In this document: positions 19,613-28,408 of the stretch, piece by piece
How positions within the stretch are numbered: the first letter of the stretch is position 1
Layout of the letters: every line of letters starts with the position of its first letter
NCBI GenBank assembly: GCA_040767085.1
Contig: JAXGPF010000009.1
Coordinates: 96,001 to 160,000 of the forward strand
Origin: Kiritimatiellia bacterium
GTDB lineage: Bacteria; Verrucomicrobiota; Kiritimatiellia; JAAZAB01
Direction of reading: 5' to 3'
DNA length: 64,000 nucleotides
Made by a program: the position numbers and the translations under genes
Notes under the pieces: generated by a model
Databases searched by the model: none
What the model saw: the letters and a program-made list of their open reading frames with translations, nothing else
Told to the model about the DNA's origin: nothing

Positions 19613-22600
19613 TGGCCATCAGATTCCAGCATGCCCGTCAGCTCCTGCAACAGTTCAATTTCCGCCAGTTGTTCGCCGAGGAACTCAACTGGGCAACCCC
19701 CTCCGCAAGGCCCATCAGCGTGGATGCGGACGGCGAAACGTTCGTGGCCACACCTATTGCTGAACAGGGCGGCATGATGGTGTTCGAGATCACCTCCAGG
19801 AAAGACGGCCTCATCCCTGGCCGGAGTGTCCAACTGAAGCTTCATCGCCGCATTGCCCAGACCTACGCCGAGCACATACTCGTCTTCGTGAACACGCCCC
19901 GCTCCTCGTCGCTATGGGTATGGGTCAAACGACAGGATGGCCGCCTGCAAACGCACGATCACTGGTACCACTCCAGCCAGCCGGGCGACTCCCTGCTGCA
20001 GAAGCTCAATGGAATCGCGTTCACCTACGACCAGCTCGACGAAGACGGCCGGATTGCCATTGGACCTGTGCTGGATGCCGTTGAGGCGTCCTTCCGGGCC
20101 GAGCGAGTCACGAAACGCTTCTACGAGCAGTTCGAGAAGGAACACGCTGCCTTCCTGAAGTTCGTCAGCGGCATTCCCGACGAGGCTATGGAGAAGTGGT
20201 ATGTCTCGGTCATGCTCAACCGGCTAATGTTCATCTATTTCATCCAGCGAAAGCGATTCCTGAGTGGAGACCGTGACTATCTCCGGCACAAGCTGACAGA
20301 AAGCGAGTATCCGCAGGGCTTCTACCGTGGCTTCCTGTGCCCGTTGTTCTTCAGGGGTTTCGCACTGAAGGAAGCAGAGCGCTCGGAAGCCGACCGCAAG
20401 CTCTTGGGGCCGGTGCCCTATCTGAATGGGGGCATCTTCCAGCAGCACGAGATCGAGCGTCAGTACGGCAAAGTCATCGAGATTCCTGACAAGGCATTCG
20501 AGCGGCTCTTCGACTTCTTCGACCGCTGGCACTGGCAGCTCGACGAACGGCCGCTCCGGCGGGATGACGAAATCAACCCGGATGTCCTGGGCTACATCTT
20601 CGAGAAGTACATCAACCGCAAGCAGATGGGCGCCTACTACACCAAGGAGGACATCACCGGGTACATCTCCCGCAACACCATCCTTCCGTTCCTGCTGGAT
20701 GCGACCCGCGAGAAATGCCGTGCTGCCTTTGAGAGTGGCACGGGCGTCTCGCCTGTGTGGGGATTGCTCCGCGACGATCCGGATCGCTACATCTACGAAG
20801 CCGTCCGCAAGGGCGTCGAATTGCCGTTGCCCCCTGAGATTGAAGCGGGCATCAAGGACGTCTCGAAACGTGGCGGATGGAACAAGCCGGCGCCGGAGCC
20901 GTACGCGCTCCCGACGGAGATATGGCGCGAGGTCGTCGCGCGCCGCAAGAGATACCATGAGTTGTTTTGTCGTCTTTCTGTAGGGCCACGCTCCGTCGTG
21001 GCCGAATACCCGGACGCGACGGAGCGCGTCCCTCCAATTCACGAGATCAACGATCTGATCACACTGAATCTGGACATCGAGCGATTTGCCCAGGACGTGG
21101 TTGAGAATGCTGAGCCGGACCTACTCAATGCCTTTTACAAGGAACTCAAGGCAATCACGGTTCTCGACCCGACCTGCGGCTCGGGAGCATTCCTGTTTGC
21201 TGCGTTGAACATCCTCTACCCCCTATACGAAGCCTGTCTCAACCGTATGCGTGTCTTCGTAGAGGACTGGCAGCGGGTCGGCGACAAAACGCACCGCAAC
21301 TACGCCAAGTGGTTCGCATCTGAGATCCAGGCCGTCGAGGAGGACCACCCGAACCAGCGCTACTTTATCCTCAAGACCATCATCTTGAACAACCTCTACG
21401 GCGTGGACATCATGAAAGAGGCCACGGAGATCTGCAGGCTCCGGCTCTTCCTCAAACTCGCTGCGCAAGTAGAACCCGACTCTGCGAAGCCCAATCTCGG
21501 CATTGAGCCTTTGCCGGACATAGACTTCAACATCCGAGCGGGGAACACCCTCGTCGGCTTTGCGACTGCGAAAGAGGCCGAAGATGTGATCCGGCAGGAC
21601 CTTCTAGCCTACAACACCGTGTGGCCCGTCATTCAGCAAAAGGCTGCGGATGCGGCCCGACACTATCAGATGTTCAGGGATCAACAGACCAAGCACGGTG
21701 GCGATGTCACGGCCGATGACAAGAAAGTGCTCTCAGAGAAACTCGGAGCACTGGACGACACATTGAGCCTGTACTTGGCTACGGAATACGGCTGTGATAC
21801 GCGCAAAAAGAGAGACTACAAAGCATGGCTAACGTCGCACCGTCCCTTTCACTGGTTCGTTGAGTTCCACGGTACGATGTCCTCTGGCGGGTTCGACGTA
21901 GTCATCGGCAACCCACCATGGGTCGAGTTCGCTAAGGTGAAAAACGAATACTCAGTACGCGGCCTATCTACCATAGAATGCGGTAACCTGTGGGCGTTTG
22001 TCGCAGAACGGTCCTATGCGCTGCTCGGCGTGACCAGTCGAATTGGCCTCATCGTCCCGATGAGCTTAGTGTGCACTGACCGCATGAAGCCGATCCAGAG
22101 CATTGTCAAGGCGGCTGGCCTGTCGTGGGTGGCCAACTTTGAGAGTGACTCGAATCCAGGGCAACTGTTCGACGGAGTGAAGCAGAACGTTACGATAGTG
22201 CTCAGTAAGCGGAGTTCAGAGTGTTCGCTTCATACAACACGGCTCCTCCGCTTCTTTCAGGAGTTTCGAGACAAGGTCTTTGCCGCCGTCGAATATACCC
22301 AATGTCCGCCGAATCCTCTCCCCTTTGGATTTCCAAAGGTAGGTTCGCTTCGCGAGTCTCTGCTTCTCAAGAAGTTGTTCGCCAAGAAGCCGCTTGCAGC
22401 CAGGATGGTTCACTCTTCGGGCAAGGCCATTCTTGTTCACCGGATTGCTCACTACTACATTAAGTGCTTCGACTTCGCACCCTATTTCAAGAGCGACCGA
22501 GACGGCGTGAAGAAGTCGGAGGACTATAAGGAGTATCCACTTGCACCGCCACTCGACCAATACGTTGCTGCAATCAACAGCTCGGCATTCTACTTCTACT

Positions 22601-22947
22601 GGCAGGTGTTCTTTGACGCGTTCAAGGCAGGCAAGCTGTGTGTGGAGTCCTTTCCTTTCGGTGAGGCATCAACGACAGGAACCCTGGCCGAGTTGGAGCG
22701 CCTAGCTCGTGCCCTTATGAAAGACATGAAGGGACACGCGACCAGGCTCAAGGCGGAATATGCGGCAACGGGCAGCGTTGAGTATGACCAGTTCTGCCCA
22801 CGGAAATCCAAAGCCATAATGGATCAGATTGACCGAGTTCTGTCCACGCACTACGGCTTCACGGCTGAGGAAGTCGATTTCATTATCAACTACGACATCA
22901 AGTACCGCATGGGTCTTGCGGGCGGCAAAGAGGACGGTGAGGAATAG
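19612..22947 (+). CDS. Eco57I-like / type IIG-like amino (probably N6-adenine) DNA methyltransferase
   Basis: PYLNGGIF, LGYIFEK, GAYYT, motif I VLDPTCGSGAFL, motif IV FDVVIGNPPW, C-terminal TRD-like region. Confidence 0.92.
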   Translation: MAIRFQHARQLLQQFNFRQLFAEELNWATPSARPISVDADGETFVATPIAEQGGMMVFEITSRKDGLIPGRSVQLKLHRRIAQTYAEHILVFVNTPRSSSLWVWVKRQDGRLQTHDHWYHSSQPGDSLLQKLNGIAFTYDQLDEDGRIAIGPVLDAVEASFRAERVTKRFYEQFEKEHAAFLKFVSGIPDEAMEKWYVSVMLNRLMFIYFIQRKRFLSGDRDYLRHKLTESEYPQGFYRGFLCPLFFRGFALKEAERSEADRKLLGPVPYLNGGIFQQHEIERQYGKVIEIPDKAFERLFDFFDRWHWQLDERPLRRDDEINPDVLGYIFEKYINRKQMGAYYTKEDITGYISRNTILPFLLDATREKCRAAFESGTGVSPVWGLLRDDPDRYIYEAVRKGVELPLPPEIEAGIKDVSKRGGWNKPAPEPYALPTEIWREVVARRKRYHELFCRLSVGPRSVVAEYPDATERVPPIHEINDLITLNLDIERFAQDVVENAEPDLLNAFYKELKAITVLDPTCGSGAFLFAALNILYPLYEACLNRMRVFVEDWQRVGDKTHRNYAKWFASEIQAVEEDHPNQRYFILKTIILNNLYGVDIMKEATEICRLRLFLKLAAQVEPDSAKPNLGIEPLPDIDFNIRAGNTLVGFATAKEAEDVIRQDLLAYNTVWPVIQQKAADAARHYQMFRDQQTKHGGDVTADDKKVLSEKLGALDDTLSLYLATEYGCDTRKKRDYKAWLTSHRPFHWFVEFHGTMSSGGFDVVIGNPPWVEFAKVKNEYSVRGLSTIECGNLWAFVAERSYALLGVTSRIGLIVPMSLVCTDRMKPIQSIVKAAGLSWVANFESDSNPGQLFDGVKQNVTIVLSKRSSECSLHTTRLLRFFQEFRDKVFAAVEYTQCPPNPLPFGFPKVGSLRESLLLKKLFAKKPLAARMVHSSGKAILVHRIAHYYIKCFDFAPYFKSDRDGVKKSEDYKEYPLAPPLDQYVAAINSSAFYFYWQVFFDAFKAGKLCVESFPFGEASTTGTLAELERLARALMKDMKGHATRLKAEYAATGSVEYDQFCPRKSKAIMDQIDRVLSTHYGFTAEEVDFIINYDIKYRMGLAGGKEDGEE
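20980..21035. repeat. Inverted REP pair (REPIN-like) within methyltransferase ORF
   Basis: GTAG-GGCCACG-CTCCGT-CGTGGCC on the + strand and GGAG-GGACGCG-CTCCGT-CGCGTCC on the - strand. Confidence 0.75.
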
Positions 22948-22949
22948 CA

Positions 22950-23771
22950 ATGGCGGCAATCCCTGAAATTGACTGCGGGGTGCTGGAGCGCGTCTGCGAC
23001 GTGCTCGCCGACACTTCGACCGGTCTGACGGGGTCTGAAATAGACAAACTGCTGCGGCGCTTGGGGATTGCGGATCCAGCACCAACAATGACCAAACGGG
23101 TCCGCCTGTGCGACGCCCTCGGCCAGAGACAGAAGTCTGATCATTGCGGCAATCTAGTCGCCGCATTTATCCAAGAAGCGATGAATCCGGTCCGCCATAC
23201 CGGGAACCGTGAGTACTTTGAACAAAAACGGCGTGAGTTGAATGAGGTCCTTGCATTTGCGGGCTATGACTTGGGTGAGGACGGCAAACTGCGTGTGTGC
23301 CAGTCGGCCAAGACGTTGACGGAAGCAGAAGCGCGTGCCGACCGGTTGAGGGCGGAATTGCAGAAACGCGGGGTACATGCGGACGTCTTGCGATTCTGTC
23401 GGGCAGAATTTGTTCAAGGCAACTGCTTCCATGCAGTGCTTGAGGCAACGAAGAGTGTGGCGGACAAGATTCGGAACAAGAGTGGGCTGACTACCGATGG
23501 AACGGAACTCGTGGACCAAGTGTTCGGGTCGGGCAAAGCTGGTATGCCTTTCTTGGCGTTCAATAGCCTGGGATCGGAAACTGAGCGGGGTGAACATTCA
23601 GGGCTGATGAATCTGATGAAGGGTGTCTTTGGCACGTTCCGCAATCCTACAGCTCATGCCCCGAAGATCTCCTGGAACATCAGCGAGCAAGACGCCCTTG
23701 ACCTGTTGACCATCACCTCATTCCTGCATCGCCGCCTAGACAATGCCGTTCGAACCCAGAGGACAACGTGA
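22950..23771 (+). CDS. TIGR02391 (Ymh-like HEPN) family protein
   Basis: FHAVLEATKS, SGLTTDG, SETERGEHSG and an RNPTAH (RxxxxH) motif. Confidence 0.85.
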   Translation: MAAIPEIDCGVLERVCDVLADTSTGLTGSEIDKLLRRLGIADPAPTMTKRVRLCDALGQRQKSDHCGNLVAAFIQEAMNPVRHTGNREYFEQKRRELNEVLAFAGYDLGEDGKLRVCQSAKTLTEAEARADRLRAELQKRGVHADVLRFCRAEFVQGNCFHAVLEATKSVADKIRNKSGLTTDGTELVDQVFGSGKAGMPFLAFNSLGSETERGEHSGLMNLMKGVFGTFRNPTAHAPKISWNISEQDALDLLTITSFLHRRLDNAVRTQRTT

Positions 23772-23879
23772 CCGAATCCAGAGTCTCAACGCGGCACATC
23801 GTAGAGAAGGCAAGGGTATGGGAAGTCATTGTGAACTGCGCGCTCAAGCACCGCATGGAGTGTGATACGGAGGCTGGCG

Positions 23880-25808
23880 ATGAAACTGAGGCACGTTAAG
23901 ATCGCGAATTTCCGTAATCTGGTTGACGTATCGTTCCCCGTCTCCGACACGACCATCCTTGTGGGGGAGAACAACTGCGGCAAGACGGCACTGCTCGATG
24001 CAATTCGGACTGCGCTCACGAGACAGCCAACCAGCAAGGCGCTGCCCTTTACCGAGTACGACTACCACATGAAGGGCGCTGCGGATACACCACAGACGAG
24101 CCCCGGCATTTCAGTCGAGCTTTGGTTTCGCGAGGACATGACCGACGAATGGCCCAATGAAGTGACCCAGGGGCTTAGCGAGATCATCCAGACCGACCCG
24201 GATGCAGACCTGGACTACATCGGTCTTCGGCTGACAAGTCAGTATGACGCGGCCGCGAAAGAGATGGTCGCAAAGACAGAGTTTCTGGCACTGGACGGTC
24301 AGCCGCTGGGCGGTCGGGCGGCCCAGCCGTCGAATTTTCCGAAGTTCACGAACTACGTGCGTGTGTTCTATCTGTCGGCACTACGTGACTCTGATGATGA
24401 GTTCTCCCCAAGATCGCAGTACTGGGGGCGTATACTTCGTGATCTGAAGTTGACCTCCGAACAACAGAAGGAATTCAAAGATGCTCTGGGCAAGTTGAAC
24501 GAGGATCTGCTGACGGCCGATCCGAAGCTTGAGAAGGTCCGTGCGTCCCTTGACAAGGTGCAGAAGGTGCTTGCCCTGGGCTCGGGCCAGGTAGCGTCCA
24601 TTCAAGCCCTTCCTGTGCGACCCTGGGACCTGATGGCGAAGGCAGAGGTTATTGTTAAACCTCGCGGTGCCGATACGAGCTTCCCTCTCTCCAGGCATGG
24701 CCAGGGGATGCAGAGTTTGGCCGTGCTGTTCTTGTTCCAGGCATACATAGACGTGCTTCTGAAGCCTTCATTCACGCCACATACAGAGGCGCTGCTGGCG
24801 CTCGAGGAACCCGAAGCGCATCTGCATCCACAGGCGACCCGAGCACTGGCGGCAAGTCTGAATGAGATCACCAGTCAGAAGATCATCTCTTCGCATTCTC
24901 CCTACTTCATTCAAGAAATGCCATTCTCTCAGATACGGATGTTCTGCCGGTCAGGTTGCGGTGTCAAGGTTGCCTACGTGAAACGCTCGTTTGCGGTGGA
25001 CCTCCCCACGCATGCTGATCTGCTGACGTTTGTGAAGGAAAAGGGCGGCAAGTATCGATACAGCAAGACGCGCTCCATTCTGGAGGTAGGGGGTCCGGTC
25101 ACCGAGAAAGAGTACCGCGCGCTTGCCACAATCTACAGCAAGGACGTGGCCACTATGAAGCGGCTCAAATGGTTCGTGAGCGACTCTCTGACTTATCTGA
25201 CGGACGACGAACTGGAGGATTTAGATACGTGGGCGAAGAGGATTCGAGGGGAAGTCCTATTTGCCCGCGCATGGCTGTTGTGCGAGGGCCAATGCGAGTA
25301 CCTGCTGCTCAGGTACTTCGCCGAACTCATGGGTACTCCATTTGACAATAGCGGTGTGTCGGTCATCGATTTTCAGAACAACGGTTCTGCCGGCTCGTTT
25401 GTGGCCCTTGCCACTGCTTTCGACATCCCCTGGCTGCTGGTCTGCGACAATGATCCTGCTGGACAGGGCTATGCCAAGGAGGCGGAGAGATCTGCCCTGC
25501 CGCCAGCTGAGATGCAAAAGCGCCTCAGGCTTCTTCCGAACAACGGCACTGATCTGGAGAAGTATTTGGCCACCACTGGTCTCATAACGCATCTGGTCGA
25601 AGTCTTTCACCAACATGGGATTGCCCCAACTCTCAAGCAAGCGGATGCCGGATTTGCGGATGAGGTCGCGTCACTATTGCGGAAGAACAAGTTCACCTAC
25701 ATCCAAGCCCTCATCCAGCGGCTTCGGAACGCGGGAGCAGACGCAACCGCTGTTCCCGGTTCTCTGAAGTCGGTGATCGAGGACATTACAAAGGTGGCCC
25801 AATCATGA
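23880..25808 (+). CDS. OLD-family ATP-dependent nuclease (GajA-like) #1
   Basis: NFRN, GENNCGKT, GQG signature, LEEPEAHLHP, SSHSP; TOPRIM LCEG..E and CDND. Confidence 0.9.
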   Translation: MKLRHVKIANFRNLVDVSFPVSDTTILVGENNCGKTALLDAIRTALTRQPTSKALPFTEYDYHMKGAADTPQTSPGISVELWFREDMTDEWPNEVTQGLSEIIQTDPDADLDYIGLRLTSQYDAAAKEMVAKTEFLALDGQPLGGRAAQPSNFPKFTNYVRVFYLSALRDSDDEFSPRSQYWGRILRDLKLTSEQQKEFKDALGKLNEDLLTADPKLEKVRASLDKVQKVLALGSGQVASIQALPVRPWDLMAKAEVIVKPRGADTSFPLSRHGQGMQSLAVLFLFQAYIDVLLKPSFTPHTEALLALEEPEAHLHPQATRALAASLNEITSQKIISSHSPYFIQEMPFSQIRMFCRSGCGVKVAYVKRSFAVDLPTHADLLTFVKEKGGKYRYSKTRSILEVGGPVTEKEYRALATIYSKDVATMKRLKWFVSDSLTYLTDDELEDLDTWAKRIRGEVLFARAWLLCEGQCEYLLLRYFAELMGTPFDNSGVSVIDFQNNGSAGSFVALATAFDIPWLLVCDNDPAGQGYAKEAERSALPPAEMQKRLRLLPNNGTDLEKYLATTGLITHLVEVFHQHGIAPTLKQADAGFADEVASLLRKNKFTYIQALIQRLRNAGADATAVPGSLKSVIEDITKVAQS

Positions 25809-27757
25809 ACTCACGCGAACTGGATAGGGCTTGGGCGGAACTATGGCCAATCCAACGGGAAGTGGCCGAATGGGCTGAGGGGCCGTTGCTCGTTCTGGCC
25901 GGACCTGGTTCGGGTAAGACACGCGTATTGACGTGTCGAATCGCCCGGTTGCTTGACAGCACACGCGACAAAGTGTTTCGCATTCTTGGGTTGACGTTCA
26001 CAAACAAGGCAGCAGACGAGATGCGGTCGCGAGTCAGCCGGTTTGTGCCCGGACAGGAGGGGCGATTGTTCCTTGGGACTTTCCATTCGTTCTGTGCCGA
26101 TGTCCTGCGGCAGCACGGCGTCCACGTGGGGATCAACCCTAATTTCACGATCTACGCCCAAGACAACGACCTGCAGTCTATTCTTGACGATGCCATAGCC
26201 GAAGCTCGGAAGGAATGTGCGGTAGTCAGCGATCTCGACAGGAGCGTGCTCCCCGTGATCCAGCGCCTCAAGGCCCAACTCATTTCACCTCAAAACTGCA
26301 AAGAGGTGTTCCGAGATCCGCAGATGGGCGAGAGAATGGCGGCAGTCTACCCAGCCTACGAAGCACAGTTGGCGAGACGAAATGCTTTGGACTTCAACTC
26401 CCTGATACAGGCCACCCACCGCCTTTTCGTCGAGTTCCCGGCGTTTGCGAAGCGGTACCGGTCAGTCTACCCTTACATCTGCGTAGACGAGTTCCAGGAC
26501 ACGAACAAGGCACAGTCCGAACTCATCCGTGCATTCACGGGTGCCCAATACAGGAACGTCTTTGTCGTGGCAGACGACGACCAGATCATCTATCAGTGGA
26601 ACGGGGCTAGCCATCAGAGGATTGAGGAATTCGTCAAGGAGTACTCCCCGAAGATCGTGCAATTGCCGATGAACTTCCGGTGTCCCCCTGAGGTGGTCGA
26701 TCTTGCAAACAACCTGATCAGGCACAATTTCCTTCGTACTTCTCAGAAGGCGCCATTGAAACCGACACGAACCAGTCCCGGTGCAGATGTCGTACGATTG
26801 CTGCCCGTGTTTGACGATTGGGATGCTGAGGCCGAGGGCGTGGCGAGCGACATATCCGCCCGGCACGCGGATCATCTGGGGTCCGTGGTCGTCCTCGCGA
26901 GGAGCCGTCGCCTTCTGGAAGGAGTGGCACATGCGCTAGAGGGTCTTGGAGTCGCGGCTACCATCGCACAAAGGAAGGATGAGTTCCAGAGCACCCCCTT
27001 GGTGTGGCTGCACTCCGTTCTGCGACTTACGAATGAGAAGCGTGATCGCGGAAGTCTTGAGTCTCTTTGCGGGGCCTTCGCGCAGATGACAGGTGTCCAA
27101 GTTGACCCGGATGAAATATTGACCCAGGAGCAGGCATCGGGGATCGGATTCCTTCAGGAGTGGATACGTCGTGCCCAGTCGAGCACTGGCGACCGCAGGG
27201 TGCCGAACGTGGTTTCAGAAGTCTCCACCAAGCTGGTGGTCAAGCGAGAGTACGTGACGTTTTGCAGAACCGCCTTCGCCTGGATTGATGGACTCATAGA
27301 GGAACAGAGAAAGACCGCCGCAGATCCATCGGAGGAGGTATTCGCTGGCTATGCTGCGGAGAAAGCCGTCTGGAATGAACTGAGTCGTGAGATCGTCTCA
27401 TCACTGGGCGAAGACATCTCTCTTGAGGCTTTTCTGCAGGAGTTGCAGATGCACTCAAAGGAGCCGAAGCCAAAGCCAAACTCTACGGTCCTGATGACCA
27501 TACACGGATCCAAAGGGAAGGAATTCGATCATGTCTATCTCGTGGGCCTCGTCGATGACGAATTACCGTCATTTCAGAGCAAGAAGAAGGGAGACCGCAG
27601 TCCCGAGATGGAAGAAGAGCGACGAAACTGCTTTGTCGCTATCACCCGGACGATAAGCACGCTGACGTTGAGCTATGCGGAGAAGTACCGCGGTTGGCCG
27701 AAGAAGCCGTCACGGTTTTTGTTTGAAATGGGTCTGCTTGGAGGGGAACATGGCTGA
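25805..27757 (+). CDS. UvrD/PcrA-like SF1 helicase (GajB-like) #1
   Basis: AGPGSGKT, TFTNKAA, VDEFQDT, DDDQIIY, NFRC, TIHGSKGKEF, EERRNCFVAITR. ATGA overlap with the OLD gene. Confidence 0.92.
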   Translation: MNSRELDRAWAELWPIQREVAEWAEGPLLVLAGPGSGKTRVLTCRIARLLDSTRDKVFRILGLTFTNKAADEMRSRVSRFVPGQEGRLFLGTFHSFCADVLRQHGVHVGINPNFTIYAQDNDLQSILDDAIAEARKECAVVSDLDRSVLPVIQRLKAQLISPQNCKEVFRDPQMGERMAAVYPAYEAQLARRNALDFNSLIQATHRLFVEFPAFAKRYRSVYPYICVDEFQDTNKAQSELIRAFTGAQYRNVFVVADDDQIIYQWNGASHQRIEEFVKEYSPKIVQLPMNFRCPPEVVDLANNLIRHNFLRTSQKAPLKPTRTSPGADVVRLLPVFDDWDAEAEGVASDISARHADHLGSVVVLARSRRLLEGVAHALEGLGVAATIAQRKDEFQSTPLVWLHSVLRLTNEKRDRGSLESLCGAFAQMTGVQVDPDEILTQEQASGIGFLQEWIRRAQSSTGDRRVPNVVSEVSTKLVVKREYVTFCRTAFAWIDGLIEEQRKTAADPSEEVFAGYAAEKAVWNELSREIVSSLGEDISLEAFLQELQMHSKEPKPKPNSTVLMTIHGSKGKEFDHVYLVGLVDDELPSFQSKKKGDRSPEMEEERRNCFVAITRTISTLTLSYAEKYRGWPKKPSRFLFEMGLLGGEHG

Positions 27758-28397
27758 TCTCGCGAATCAACGCCTTACCAGCAGGGCGCTGCCAACCGGC
27801 CACCTTGACCATGGGGGACTGCATCCCTATACGCCGAAGATCCGGACTCTTTGTGACGCCGTGATCCGCAATGGCCAAACACTCGCCTTGTTTTGCTCCG
27901 TTCGATGCCCTGGCAAGCTAATCCTAGACACCTACGACGCTGTGCAGCGGTTGCGCAATGCTGGAGTCACTGTCATCAGCGGGTTCCATTCGCCAATGGA
28001 GAAGGAATGCCTGACCGTCCTCCTGCGTTCCCCAAACCCGGTAATCTGGTGTCTTGCACGTGGCAAACTGACACGTATCCCACCGGATATCAAGGAATCG
28101 ATCGCCGCCGGCCGCCTACATATTATTGCACCATTCCCGGGAAAAGTCCGCCGCCACACCGCGGCCACATGCGCCAAACGAAACCGCATCGTCGCCGACA
28201 TGGCCAATGCCGTCATTGTCGTCCACGCCGCTCCCGGTAGCAAGATCGAAGCGCTCAGCCTGTCTCTCCTCGCCGCCGGCAAACCCGTTTACACATTCGA
28301 TCACCCAGCCAACGTTGCCCTGCTTCAGGCCGGGGCGAAGACTTTGACTCCAGACACCAATTGGAAGTGGATGGCGAAAGACGGTAGTGCAAAATGA
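27750..28397 (+). CDS. DprA/Smf-like SLOG-fold protein (short form)
   Basis: LALFCS..CPG, VISGFHSPMEKECL, KRNRIVADMA..VIVVHAAPGS motifs. Confidence 0.8.
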   Translation: MADLANQRLTSRALPTGHLDHGGLHPYTPKIRTLCDAVIRNGQTLALFCSVRCPGKLILDTYDAVQRLRNAGVTVISGFHSPMEKECLTVLLRSPNPVIWCLARGKLTRIPPDIKESIAAGRLHIIAPFPGKVRRHTAATCAKRNRIVADMANAVIVVHAAPGSKIEALSLSLLAAGKPVYTFDHPANVALLQAGAKTLTPDTNWKWMAKDGSAK

Positions 28398-28408
28398 GGT
28401 AAACTCCC

